Shown in pieces: positions 36,855-49,989 of a DNA stretch of 64,000 nucleotides (the first letter of the stretch is position 1; the number at the start of each line of letters is the position of its first letter). Source of the stretch: Rhynchobatus australiae. Lineage: Eukaryota. The position numbers and the translations under genes were made by a program. Under the pieces are notes generated by a model that saw only the letters and a list, made by a program, of their open reading frames with translations, ran no database searches and was not told the DNA's origin. Location: positions 41,312,503-41,376,502 of the forward strand of contig JAUZTB010000127.1 in NCBI GenBank assembly GCA_034780895.1, written 5' to 3'.

Positions 36855-37802
36855 NNNNNNNNNNNNNNNNNNNNNNNNNNNNNNNNNNNNNNNNNNNNNN
36901 NNNNNNNNNNNNNNNNNNNNNNNNNNNNNNNNNNNNNNNNNNNNNNNNNNNNNNNNNNNNNNNNNNNNNNNNNNNNNNNNNNNNNNNNNNNNNNNNNNNN
37001 NNNNNNNNNNNNNNNNNNNNNNNNNNNNNNNNNNNNNNNNNNNNNNNNNNNNNNNNNNNNNNNNNNNNNNNNNNNNNNNNNNNNNNNNNNNNNNNNNNNN
37101 NNNNNNNNNNNNNNNNNNNNNNNNNNNNNNNNNNNNNNNNNNNNNNNNNNNNNNNNNNNNNNNNNNNNNNNNNNNNNNNNNNNNNNNNNNNNNNNNNNNN
37201 NNNNNNNNNNNNNNNNNNNNNNNNNNNNNNNNNNNNNNNNNNNNNNNNNNNNNNNNNNNNNNNNNNNNNNNNNNNNNNNNNNNNNNNNNNNNNNNNNNNN
37301 NNNNNNNNNNNNNNNNNNNNNNNNNNNNNNNNNNNNNNNNNNNNNNNNNNNNNNNNNNNNNNNNNNNNNNNNNNNNNNNNNNNNNNNNNNNNNNNNNNNN
37401 NNNNNNNNNNNNNNNNNNNNNNNNNNNNNNNNNNNNNNNNNNNNNNNNNNNNNNNNNNNNNNNNNNNNNNNNNNNNNNNNNNNNNNNNNNNNNNNNNNNN
37501 NNNNNNNNNNNNNNNNNNNNNNNNNNNNNNNNNNNNNNNNNNNNNNNNNNNNNNNNNNNNNNNNNNNNNNNNNNNNNNNNNNNNNNNNNNNNNNNNNNNN
37601 NNNNNNNNNNNNNNNNNNNNNNNNNNNNNNNNNNNNNNNNNNNNNNNNNNNNNNNNNNNNNNNNNNNNNNNNNNNNNNNNNACAAGGCATAAATATCAAA
37701 AGGTCACTAATAAAATAACGGAATTCTTACAAGAACCTAAAATACTGATAACAACTATGAGAGTACAGCTTATGAGATAAGATTTCGAAAAATTCAAGGG
37801 TA

Positions 37803-38031
37803 CAGGTGACCCTCACATACAAGTGGTTGCATTCCTAGAAAGTGGCCCATAATGCAAAGCTGTATCATCTGTGCATACACCAAGAAATGAGTTGAAAAAA
37901 AAAAATCACCTGCCACAAATTCTGTTGAGAGAAAATGTTATTCTGCATCTCAAATTTTTGGTTGGTGAATGTGAATTCTATAATCACTACCCAAATTTCT
38001 ACTACCTGAACTGCTGCAACACTGTCACCTG
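37803..38031. mobile_element. Tigger/pogo-like MITE
   Basis: TA|CAGGTGAC ... GTCACCTG|TA: 8-bp perfect terminal inverted repeats with TA duplication, 229 bp, no ORF. Confidence 0.6.
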
Positions 38032-38486
38032 TAGTGACAAGTCACATAATTCAACTACCCAGCTCCACATCAATTAAAAAAAGGACATACAATTTAATGT
38101 CAATATACATTCTATATTGCATTCGTTTCAGTCACAGGGTCTAAGGAAATTTTCAAGCCCCAAGACAAGGTGGAAAAGACAGAGGCTAATTCTTAGTCTA
38201 AAATGTCCAAATTACATGAAAACGTCACAGCCATCTTAAAGGAAGATACACAAGAAACCAAGGATTTGAGGCTTAGTAGCTTAGGCACAAATTCAAAACA
38301 AAGCAAATCTCTTACTAAAATACTTGCCTAAAAGTGAATTTCCTTCAGAATGCATTAGAATGTGTGAGGACTTGCCACTTCTGCAATTCAATCTCAGAGG
38401 ACATTGTATGCAATTGCCAGCAAAACTGCAAGAAATTTATAGATGCCAAAAAAGAGGAAAAACAATTCTTAAAAAAAATCATGGAA

Positions 38487-38605
38487 TCAAGAACTGTGGA
38501 TGCTGGAAGTCTGAAATAAAAACAGAAAATGCAAGAAGCATTCAGCAAGTCAGGCAGCATCTGTAGAAAGAGATAGTTAATGTTTCAGGTTGAAGACTCT
38601 TTAAA
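38487..38605 (-). mobile_element. Penelope-derived terminal repeat
   Basis: ACTGTGGATGCTGGAAGTCTGAAATAAAAACAGAAAATGC...CAGGCAGCATCTGTAGA...GTTAATGTTTCAGGTTGAAGAC; the reverse strand retains CCTGAAACATTAAC (hammerhead 3' half). Confidence 0.7.
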
Positions 38606-39149
38606 GCTGGGTGGTATGAGGCCCAAGTTGCCTTGGGAATAAGCTATAAATTGAAGTCATCCATTCACCCACCAACCAAGTGACCATTACAACTTATCGC
38701 ATAGCAACCCAAGCCTCACCCTATGCTCTTTGATCCACCATCCCTTCCCCCACCTACTCTGCAACTTAAATTCATGTTCTTTCCCAGGGTTTTGCCACTT
38801 TCCCATTCAACTCACTAGAGTCCCAGTTCACACACTGTCCTTTAAACTACCTTTTCTGGACCCCAACTACAGCATTACTTCCATAAATTATAATGACTTT
38901 GTACCTTTTTTCCCCCCTAAGTGAATTAAATGTGGGATATTAATAGGAACAACATTCAATGGTCCAGAAAATCTGTCACTCCAAAAATCCCAAATATGCT
39001 GGATTAGAATTTTACTGGGTTGCAACCAGTGTTCTTATTGACAATGATGCACAAAGGCACCCTGTGATACAAGATGCAAATTCTAGATGGATTGCAGGCC
39101 AAGTGTAGAAGCAAAAGAAAATACTTTATGTTGTCAGTATTCAATAATG

Positions 39150-39860
39150 GACTTTGGGGGAGTGGAGCCAAAGCAAAACTAATTAATCATTCAGTGGCTG
39201 GAAAAGAATTGCCACATTGGGGGAAAAGTGTGCACGATGTGCATTTCATCCAGACAGATCACAAAGATGTCACAACTTTTATTTGGAAGAGTGCAGTAGC
39301 TGGGACCCCAAACAGGTACACCGTGACAGGATTATAAAGACTGATTCATTTGAGTTGGATTTTGAAGACTCAGGCAGAGATAAACCTGACAACCAAGGCA
39401 TCCAGCTTGGTGCATGCTGAAAAATTAAGCAAGCTGTGACTTTGTCTGGACCAAAGAAATTTTAATGGAGCTCTAGATGTGATCCATTACCCTATGAAGA
39501 TAATAGACAATCTTTACCCAGACTGAAGTAGACTAAAGTTGACTCAAGGAAATGCAAAGCATGCTTTGAGCAGTTTGAAGAGTCATATTTTGACTTGTTT
39601 CAACATCATTTGCTAGGATTCAACTGGAGAACACCACCATTTGGAATCAACACAGCACCAGGAGGAATTTCAGCACAAACGAGATGCTGTAAGCAGGGGC
39701 AAAGACCACAGTAAACAGCACGTTGATCTTCATCGAAACCATGGAAGTGCAGAATTAGACCATAACCACAATTTGAGAGCCTCAAGTAGATGCAAGTTGA
39801 AAGAGCAAATCTCTGCTGCAGTCCTGCTAGCACAGCTCCATCTTTCCCAAGTTTGAAGAC
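39150..39860 (+). mobile_element. Degraded RTE-like LINE 3' fragment
   Basis: Remnants resembling the RTE C-terminus and zinc-finger-like tail (TCTGCTGCAGTCCTGCTAGCAC), as at 33400-33520. Confidence 0.4.
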
Positions 39861-40179
39861 CAGATAATATTCTGGATGCAACCAACTCCCTATACAATTT
39901 CAGTAATATCTTCATTCTTAAACTCAAATCTTTGCAGTAAAGGCCAAATACTTAGTAATGAGAATACATGACACTCAAGTTTTTAAAAAAGTACACTTAT
40001 TTCCACTCCTCCTCCCCCCCCCCACAAACATGGACTTCACATTTTATTCTATCTACCACATCCTCTCCCATTTACTTAGCTTACCCATGCCTCCTTGTAG
40101 CCTAATGCCTCATATTGCAACTGTGCCTCACATACAATTTTTCTGAATAAATTTTGATACATTACACTTAATCCTCTCA

Positions 40180-41350
40180 CCAAATCACTAATGCAGACTG
40201 AAGAGCCAGGCCTCAACCTCCCAATTTATTCCCACTTTTTTTTAAATTACATCCATCAACAGTAGCACATTATCCCCAATCGTATGTACTCTAGATTAAC
40301 TTCAGTAACTTCTTGAGTGCACCTAATTGAAAAGCCTACCAAAAATCCAAATATACCACATTTACTGGTTCCCCTTCATCCATTCTGCTCATTACATCCT
40401 CAAAGAACTCAAACACTATTCCCTTTCATTAAATCACCTTGACTCTGTATTATGACTTTCTAAATGTCCTGTAATCACTTGCTCAATACTGCATTTTCCC
40501 AATGACAGGCTCCCCTACATTTTACTGCTCTCCCATGCACTCATCCACCACCTTCTTAAAAAACGCTGCTATATTTGCAGTTTTACAATGCTGTGACATC
40601 ACAACCAACGTAACTTTGTAGGTTGTAATTAATACATCCACTATTGTTGCAGACACTTTTAAAACATTAGGATTCAGGCAATCAAGTCCAGGGGACTTGT
40701 TAGCCATTAGACCCATTTGTTTGGTTAGAACCTTTTCTCTACTGATAATTCTTCAGAGTTCCTCCTCTCCTGCTTCCTCTGATTTTCTATTACTAGAATG
40801 CATTTCACATCTTCTAAGTTGATGGACACAAAATTTGAATTCTCTGCCATTTCCTTATTTCCCATTATTAATTCCTCACTCAACCTCTCGCCCTCAACTT
40901 CTTATTCTCTTTTCTTTAAATATTCACGTAGAAGCTTCTTTATATATATATTTTTTGCTAGTTTACTTTCATAATCTATTTTAACTTTCTTCAGTTTATC
41001 TGAATCACCCTTTGCTGGTTTTGAAAAACTTCCTAACCATCTGGTACACTATTAAATCTTCACAACATTGTATGCCTTTACTTTTAATTTGACACTGCAC
41101 TTAATTTCCTTTGTTAGTTACGGATGAATCACATTTCCCTTAACAGTATTTCCCAATGAAATATTTACTTATATGGCTTCCAATTCATCAGCTTTTAATC
41201 CACTGTTCCAGTCCACTTTAGACCTTTGCAATGATCTATATTTAAGTTTAAAGCACTAGTTTCTCACCCTCAAAGTGAATGTGAAATTCTACCAGGTTAT
41301 GAGCACTCTTCCCGAGAAGACCATTCTCTGTAACTAATTCACATGACCAG
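40180..41350 (-). mobile_element. Degraded CR1 LINE ORF2 (central part)
   Basis: ORF 40522-40716 MGLMANKSPGLDCLNPNVLK...KTANIAAFFKK matches CR1 KSPGPD..HPRVLKE...W..ANV.P.FKKG; VDVVYLDF-like TAAATGTGGTATATTTGGATTTT on the reverse strand near 40345-40365. Confidence 0.8.
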
Positions 41351-42532
41351 ATCTAAAATGGTGAATTCCATGGTTAATTCTGTAACATATTTTTCTAGGA
41401 AACTGCCGCAAATACAATACTAGCTCACCTTCGAGGTTGACTAGGCCAGGAACATTTATTTTAAATATAATACTCTGCCTTTCCAATGCAATGTATAAAC
41501 AATATTTAAACTCAATTAACATTTTTTGAAAAGGGGTTGCCCATTGACAGAAATGAAGAACAAATTACATGCATTTTTATATTGCAGATTTTGTGCAGTC
41601 AAAGCATTTGATATTTTATTTCAAGTACTATGAATTTTGTTTTCCATTCTTCAGATATTTGAAAGGAAATATTAATGCAAGTGCTTTTTAATAAATAATT
41701 AACAGAATATAATAAAGTGATCGAAAATATTTCCCCTCAGTCCAAGGATGTAACATCCAAAAGCAAAACTAGTTAGAAACTGTGATTAGTAAACATGGAA
41801 TTATATTTTATGACAATACACCATCACAGTGACAAGTCTGATGAAAAGAATTTATAACGCAAAAATTTGACATAAATAATGTGTCAACAACTTGACAACA
41901 GGATGTATATAGACCGAAGATTTTAATGTTATAAAAGCACCTGCATGCAATTCCAATTTGCACAAACTGATATTCTGTCACAATTTATTTTACACTACTG
42001 GTGTCATTTCCTCAAATGAAAATTTTTATGTCTGGTTTACAGTGAAAACAACGCATCTAAGCATGTCAATTTGTGAAATCTTGTCACTGGGTTCCAAACA
42101 ATGGTTGCTCCAAACAAACTTTTTCCTGAGTAACTGAAATTTCTAAATGTCCACATTTACAATTTAAACCAAATTGAACACTATGTTTCTAAAAGTCTAA
42201 ATTGATTTATCCATTCAGTGGTCACAGCCTTAAGATTGTTTCACACAAAGTCCTCTTATGGTGTCCCAATTGTGAAGCTGTTCATGTGAAATTGGGGCAG
42301 AGACATGACACTTTGACAGACATTTACACTTCTGTGAGCAAATTTGGATGCAGATAAAACTTTACTATTCTAAGCAAAATAGAGATTATGGAATTCTACC
42401 CCTATCTATTACCTCTGGATTAAATTGTGACAGGGACTGATTTTAGATATATTTCTAACATGCATCTAATCTCTGCTCACTCCATTTTGTTAGATCCCCC
42501 TTCGCCTACCATTTATTTAACTGATATGATTG

Positions 42533-42826
42533 AAGATAAGACATCTTTATTAGTCACATGTACATCGAAACACACAGTAAAATGCATCTTTTGCAACAAG
42601 TGCTCTGGGGGCAGCCCACAAGTGTCATCACGCTTCCAGTGCCAACATAGCATGCCCACAACTTCGTAACCCATATGTCTTTGGAATGTGGGAGGAAACC
42701 AGAGCACCTGGAGGAAACCCACGCAGACACAGGGAGAATGTACAAACTCCTTACTGACAGTGGTTGGAATTGAACCCGAGTCGCCGGCACTGTAATAGCA
42801 TGACACTAACCGCTACACTGTCGTGC
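42533..42826 (-). mobile_element. tRNA-derived V-SINE with Rex1-type 3' tail
   Basis: Reverse strand: A-box-like GTAGCGGTTAGTG, B-box GGTTCAATTCC, V-domain GTGGGTTTCCTCCAGGTGCTCTGGTTTCCTCCCACATTCCAAAGAC, tail TACATGTGACTAATAAAG. Confidence 0.85.
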
Positions 42827-43354
42827 AATAGAGAGAAGAGAAGTGGGGTGGAGCACCTCAGATGGGGAGTGGGAGTATGGATGAAGATGTGGGAAGGTGA
42901 GAGGGAGGACGACATAGAGGATTGAAGGGAGATTGGTACAGGAGGGAGGGGGCTGGCATGCAGGGGAAAGGGACAATAGCAAATGGGAGGGAGGTCAGCA
43001 TGACGTGGGAGAGGGAAGACAGAGTAGGGGGAGGGAAAGGAGGACTGTGAGGTGTGGTCAGTGGAGGAATCAATCAAGAAAATTATTGTGTAGAAGTTCA
43101 CATGTAGAATACGTCAGGAAGATACTTGGATGGAAGTGAGAGCATTATAGAATGATGGATCAAGAAACCAGTTGAGGTTGGGTGTCAGGGGACGATAGGG
43201 TCATAGGAAGACAGGTGGAGAGGTTGGGGATCTTTCAAAGAAATGGGACATCAGTTGGTAGGTAGAAGCATTCACACATAGACAAAATCTGCAAGACCCA
43301 GTGGTCTTACTGCATCTGACCTTCATTCAAATTAAGTGCCTGAAATAAAAAGAA

Positions 43355-43845
43355 GTGGCTATGGAGAGGATGCAGAAGAGGTTTACCAGGATGCTGCCTG
43401 GATTGGAGGGCAAGTACTACAAGGAGAGGTTGGACAAACTGGTGGACAAACTGGTGTTGCTTTCTCTAGAGTGGTGGAGGTTGAGGGGAGACCTGACATA
43501 AGTTTATAAAATTATGAGAGGTATAGAGTAGACAGTCAGAATCTTTTTCTCCAGGTTGAAATATCCAATACTGGAGGGCATGCATTTAAGGAGAGAGGGA
43601 AAAGTTCAAAGGACAAGTTTTTACACAGAGTGCTGGGTGCCTGGAATACACTGCCAGGGGTGGTGGTGGAGGCAGATTTGATAGAGACTTTTAAGAGGCT
43701 CTTAGGTAGGCACATGAATATGCAAAGAATGGAGGGATATGGACCATGCGCAGGCATAAGGGATTGGGTGTCATTAGTTCAATTAGTTCAGTACAACATC
43801 ATAGGCCGAAGGGCCTGTTCCTTAGCTGGACTGTTCTATGTTCTA
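43355..43845 (+). mobile_element. CR1 (HER1-like) LINE 3' fragment
   Basis: MERMQKRFTRMLPGLEG..YKERLDKL ... FTQ..LGAWNTLPGVVVEADLIETFKRLLGRHM; terminal CTGTTCTATGTTCTA. Confidence 0.9.
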
Positions 43846-46800
43846 AGTACACAGCTAGTGCATTAAATATTCGATTGCATTTAGTGTTGGGAGAAAGAAA
43901 AGTTCTGAAACTCTTAATAATCAAACCTTGCCCCATATTATAATACTGTTAAACTGTCCCATCCATATAGCTACTGGATGATCAATGGTACACACAGAGG
44001 TACAGACTTTTAAAAACTTATTTTTGTATATATGGATGACAGTGAGAGTTCATTATAGCTGAAGAACATTGAACTAATTGGCCTTAAATAGTTTATCTCA
44101 GTAACACATAGATGTGTTTCATGTCTCACATTTCATAATTTAGCTAATCAATGCAATCCATGGTGGTTCCACTTTACTGCAGAAGAAATCACCCGATTTG
44201 GCTTTCTTGTAAAACCTATACAATTTAGTGCTGCTGGTCGATGGGAGCAAATAACTGCAATTACATTGGAATCAAGATGTGATGAAAGAAAATATTACTC
44301 ACTGACATTCAGCACAGCCATTTAATGGTTAATCAATTGGAGGTTTGGAGCCCATAATTTACTCTAACAGATCTTACTTCAGTCAACATTTCAGATGTTA
44401 ATAGCTCCAGTCTTTTAAAGGGACTTTATCCATTTATCTTGTTCCTGTACTAATGATTTCCAACCCATTAAACACTTTTCCACAAAATCCAACAACTCAG
44501 GAGGTACACTTGGCCCACTGTGCCTGTGCCAGCATTCTCCTCTTCTTTTCCTGGCTGCTATTCTTGGGTCTCCAGACTGTGCTCCTACATTAGATATTCC
44601 AGCCCTCAAAGTCAGCAGCAGAGCTAATAGTTGTGCGTTTCCCCAGCCCTTGCACACAAATCTGGTTGTAGAACCTGTGCCAAATTAACCTGGCACAGAA
44701 CATCATCTCCATTCATTGGAATAGAAAGGGATAGCTGAGGGAGCAAGAAATTTAGTTAATGTATATTTTTTTCCAATCAACTGAATCACATGACTTAGTT
44801 GTTTACAAGTGTTATGTATTATTATGCTTCAGTTTTCTTTTACATTTCCAATAATTTTAAGGACTGATTCTTTGTTCTTCATAGCTTGTAGATGATTTTG
44901 AATGTTTCAGAAAGTCAGAAACAATATTTTTTTGACAGCTGGCTAAGCCCAGGTGGTGGGGGAAGGGTTGATTGGTATGGAGATGGCTTAGCTGTCTCTC
45001 AATATATTTTCAACTGGCTGATGGGTAGAGTTATTTTTGCAATTTCTTCATCATCCACTCACCAGATTGATGGTGTTTACCATACAGAGCTTTGTCATTG
45101 AGAATTGGGCTGATTTGGGAAGTCAAGCTGACAATGAATCTGCAAAAATTAATCCAAATGACCACTGACAAGGTCAACAGCAAGCATGGGTACCTAGTCA
45201 ATAGCAACAAATTCTGGTCCACTAAGTTTTTCCTGAGTCAAGCAACAAAAGCATACTGTTATTTCCCATTAAAAAACAAGAAAAAGGAAAGGATACAAAG
45301 CACATGATTGCACACAATACTGGGTGAAGCCTCATTGAACATGCATAGGTGACAAAATAAAATACTTGCAACTTTTGCTTCAACTTTAAGCTCCCTGTTA
45401 CAAAGTACACTTCACTAAGATCATAGTCACTCATTTCTCCAAAAGACTGCATTAGCTTTATTTCTTAACGTTATCCAGATTCATAAACATATAGAAAAAA
45501 ATATATATATATGACAATTATTAAAGTAAAATTAAACTGTGAAGTTCGACTACAGAGATGAAAAATGTAACAACTTTTAATGAGGCAGATTTGGAAAATC
45601 ATTTTTTATTAGTCAAACTGAAATTTTGAATAATTATTCATTTCTGAAGATTTCTTCTGCCGTGAGAATAAATTGTTTCTCAAGGACATAATGGCTTTAT
45701 CAGCTCCAAATTAATTATTATTTAAATTTTATAATGGCTAGTAAAATAAATGAAAGTTGGACCCAAATGAATACTAATTACATTATTTTTCAGATTAGTA
45801 TCTTATCACAAGTCAACTATGAGAACATTCAAATCCTCTTAAATAAATAATCAGCTTGCCAGAAATATTTTCCAACTTATGACAGGTAATCAGTTTATAT
45901 TAATTCCCAATTATCGCAACTCGAAGTGCTACATTAATTAATTTTTAATACAATCCCTCTTTCAGAAAAAGTAAAGTTGAGCCTCTCTCTATTTAAATTT
46001 GTGCTGGTGAAGAATATTGACTCTCCATTCTAGAAAACCTCCCCATTTCAAGCACTTAAAGTCCCCGCCAGTTATCTCTAGAGTTAGTGAATGGGGTTAT
46101 TCCTTAAGATGGTAAGTTTCAAAAGCTTTTATTATCCATCACTGAGATAAAGGAAATGATAATGACTATTGCCAGTAATCACACTGTTAGTTCACCTAAT
46201 ATGATAGCTCACTGGAAAATTCACAAAATATTGCTCTCAGAATTAATAAGATGGCTGACGAGGCCATTCTGACATATGATTTCCAAGTCTAGGTCAGACC
46301 TAGCAAAGTTTGCTGTAAAATAGAACAATTTCAGCTCTGAACCTAAAACACATCTCAAACAACACCATCCTTATGTGCCAATTACATGAATAGGGCTTCC
46401 TTTTTAAGTGCATTCACTTCTATGGACAGATGAGGAAAAAATGAGAAGTGACCACTTATCCAATTTCTGATGCAGTCAAATTTCTGCTTTAGGCTGGATT
46501 ATACCTAGTTTTGTTGTCAAAAGCAGTTATCTACCATTGAGACAACCAAGAATTCTTTATTTCCTATGACAATGGACCCATTAATATGGCATTTAGATTG
46601 ACAGCATATTTAGACGGACCCCAAATTATCAAATATGAGGAATTATTAAATAGGGGGAGATGAATAAGTATTTCATAATAGCTAGATAAAGGCCACAAAT
46701 GCAAAGAGAGGCAGAATGAGACTGAAGAACTGCTCTAGACAGAGCAGAAATCTCTGCTCACAACTTGCCAGCTAGACTGGAATCTGCCTGGGTGAGGATT

Positions 46801-47748
46801 GAGGAAATTGAATCATGTTATTGTGAAATATGCACTTTTTTTTAACCACGTGTTGTCTTTTTTTCTTGCACTATTGCCACCATTTTCTGCTTTGAATCAT
46901 CAATAAATCATTCCTGCCTCTCAACCTGTCACAACATTATTCAATTAATTTTGTCCTGGCTCAGTAACAGCCGAAAAAGTTAAACCTTTTGGCTGTGACT
47001 CAAGTTGTAGAATGGGGCTTGAATGCACAACATTCCTCTGATTCAGAGTAAGAGTTTTATTAAGTGAGCCAATTTGCTTTTGAAGACTGAAATAATAATT
47101 GAAATAATTTGATGCTGTGCACCCATTTACCTGAGCTGAATCCAAACTCAGGTCTTAGAAATGTGAAAGAAAAATGTGTCAATTCACTGCATTAACCACA
47201 GATTCAAAGATTCTACCTGACTACTCTTCTTCATATTCCCATGCCTTTCAAGTTAATTATGTCAATATGTTTCATTATATGGATTAATATTGGTAGAATC
47301 TGAATACACACTTCAAATAAAATTGTTCATCATTCTAAAGCAGACTGCCTGAAGAGTGAGGGAGATAATACCATGTCTTACTGAACAGAACCCTATAACT
47401 ACCACGATCAGATTACATTAATAATGCATTTAGTCATAAAATCCCTTATTAAAAAAGCATTTTAGTAGCACTGCTGATCAGGTAGGCTTGCTTGCTATCC
47501 CAGACTAGCATCCCTGCCAAATTTATTAGCTGCTCTCTTTATTTAACCTGTTTCTTAGAGCTCTCCTTGCTTCAGGAAAGTCCAGCCATAGCAATAGCTT
47601 AGTAACACAGGCTTCAAGAACCATATCTTTATGTTGCAGTACAGAAACAGAACCTAACAATAACCATTAAATTTGAGAAAGGCAATCACACTACAGCCAT
47701 TTGATGCTTCTCAAAATGGATTTAATCACAATCTCGAGTGATATTAAG

Positions 47749-47785
47749 GGTTCTGATGAAGGGTCCCAGACCTGAAATGTTAACT
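47749..47785 (+). ncRNA. Minimal type-I hammerhead ribozyme motif
   Basis: GGUU CUGAUGA AGGGUC-CCA-GACCU GAAA UGUU AACU: intact core, 4-5 bp stem II, stem I GGUU/AACU, GUU triplet. Confidence 0.7.
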
Positions 47786-47786
47786 G

Positions 47787-47966
47787 GAGACACAAGAGAT
47801 TCTGCAGATGTTGAAATAAATCTGGAGTAACACACATAAAAAGTGCCAGAGGAACTCAGCAGGTCAGGCAGCATCTATGGAGAGAAATAAACGTCGACGT
47901 TTCAGGGCGAGACCTTGAAATGCCTGACCTGCTGAGTTCCTCCAAAACTTTTTGTGTGTGTTGCTT
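47787..47966. mobile_element. Fold-back Penelope-derived element nested in a sibling copy (47749-48045), 15-bp target site duplication
   Basis: CTGAAATGTTAACTG at 47772-47786 and 47967-47981 flanks an insert with inverted arms GAGGAACTCAGCAGGTCAGGCA / TGCCTGACCTGCTGAGTTCCTC. Confidence 0.85.
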
Positions 47967-48224
47967 CTGAAATGTTAACTGTGACCTGACCAGCTGAGTG
48001 CTTCCAGCATTCTCTGTTATTTGTTTAAGATTTCCAGCAGTATTTTCATTTACTGTTGAATTCACTGCAACTTCTCTTCCAGGAATGCCAAGTTGGAAAT
48101 GTTCGTCTCTGTTCTCTGGTAGGACTTCCACCTGTTCCTCTTGCCTTGTTCACTCTCAGTGGTTTCTCTCACCCATCAAGTTTTCAAATGAGGTGCTGAC
48201 AAAAACTCCCTTCCATTGACGTGG

Positions 48225-48310
48225 CTATAATGAAAGGTCCCGGACTCAAAAGGTTAACTTTCATGGATGCTGATTGACCTGCTGAGTGTTTCTAGTATTT
48301 TGTGTTTTGT
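48225..48310 (+). mobile_element. Degenerate Penelope-derived terminal repeat
   Basis: ATGAAAGGTCCCGGACTCAAAAGGTTAAC...GATGCTGATTGACCTGCTGAGTGTTTCTAGTATTTTGTGT. Confidence 0.55.
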
Positions 48311-49989
48311 CTAGTGCGATTAATCTTGTTCTGCAATCCTGGAAGTTTGATAACAGTCTCCTAAAGGTTCACTTTATAAAAAGATCCTTGTCATTAAGAA
48401 TTCCAGGGCATTTTGCAGACTGTTTTCATTATGATGCAATTACACAACAGATCGTTTTACATTCACCATTTCCTGGTTGGGACGTCAGGCTGTAGTTTAA
48501 TACCCAGCAGCTACATGACCTCCCTGACAGCTATCCAAAATTACCCTACTTGGGTGGTGATAGTGGTTTTACAAGCTGTTATACACTACAAAAATGCAAA
48601 TAAAAACAAAGTAACATGCATGGAAGCAAAGCACCACCTCAAATAGTTCAAAGTCAAAAATTCTCATTTTTCATTCATGGCCTGACATTGTGGCTGAGAC
48701 CCACACTCTACCTCTTGCACGTTTTGGCAGGCTCATTATATATTCCTGGATCCCTTCATTATGTTGACTTTATTTTCATCCAAAATCTCTCCTTCCTGAT
48801 TTTCTTTCTTTCTCAGTGTGAAACCCAAGAAAACAATATAAATGGCAAAGTATTTAGAATTTATCTGGCCTTGTTGAAGATTAAAAATTGCCTTATTTGG
48901 AGTAATCAATTTGGCCTTGCATTACGCTACTATAATTTCACTGGAATGCCAAGCATTAGCTTTAATTAGATTTTGTAGAGGGAAATATGTTCATTTCTAA
49001 TTGAATATAGAAATGAGACAAAAAACTTTGACACATACTATAAATATAACCCAAAAATGTACTTATACCAACATTGTTTTGCTTAAGAACACCTTGTGAT
49101 AAACAGTTCCAAAAGAACACATTTTTGGTTTCTGGTATGGAGTCTCAGCTTTTCGCTACTGGTGTAATGAATTGTAATGAAATATATCCTTTGAAAAGAG
49201 ATTGGAAATTATGCGTTTTTTCTAACTGATTATAAGCATACCATAAACTGCAATACTGTTTTGGAGAACCAGTTTTAACATTTCTGATACTTTTGGATAT
49301 TGCTGTTAATTAGGAAAACAGAACAATCAGCAATTAAAATGTATCAGTGTCGCAAGTGTCACTCAATGCATCAATTTTTTCAATAGGACCAAAAACAAAG
49401 GCTTAACAAGCATTAACAATTAGAACAAAATTAATGACATAGTCACAGGAAATCACATATAGTGCGTGGTATATATATACCAATGCTGCCAATCGTGGAT
49501 CGAATGAGACTATCAGCTTTATTAACAGTTTAGTTTATATTTAAAAAAAATCATGCTTCAGTTTCCATTATTTCATACTGTGGCACAATTCAATACATTT
49601 CCACCTCACATCACTTCACTGCCTCCAAATCACTACACTTGACAGCTTGACTATTTGAACCTTCCACTCACACGAAGCTTTCATTTAGTAATAACTAAAG
49701 TTCCTTTAACATAGTTTGTTTTGAAAATTCAGTTGCTGGGCATACCAAAGGAATTTTAAATAACCCACTGTAGATGAAATCTAAGGGCTAGTAGAACTCA
49801 TGATTTACATTTTGTCCACTGATTTTAATGGAGTGTAAACTTAGATTGTTAAACCAACATTCACATGGGCAAGATTCCTTCTGGTTCCTTCAGACACACA
49901 GATTAGGATTTTTTGTTTGCTTAAGAAGAATAACCCAGTAGTTTTATCATCAGTCCAATGCTTGTTGCCAAGTTATTCTTAAAATGGAT

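Noticed and set aside
36764-37718. Long ORFs of ~300 aa (also 62090-62999 and 21814-22291)
   Set aside because: Made almost entirely of N-derived X residues.
38940-39020. Possible pogo/Tigger terminal remnant
   Set aside because: Only one weakly similar end; no matching inverted repeat or TA pair found.
42740-42826. tRNA gene
   Set aside because: The A and B boxes belong to a SINE head; there is no full cloverleaf and it continues into a V-domain.
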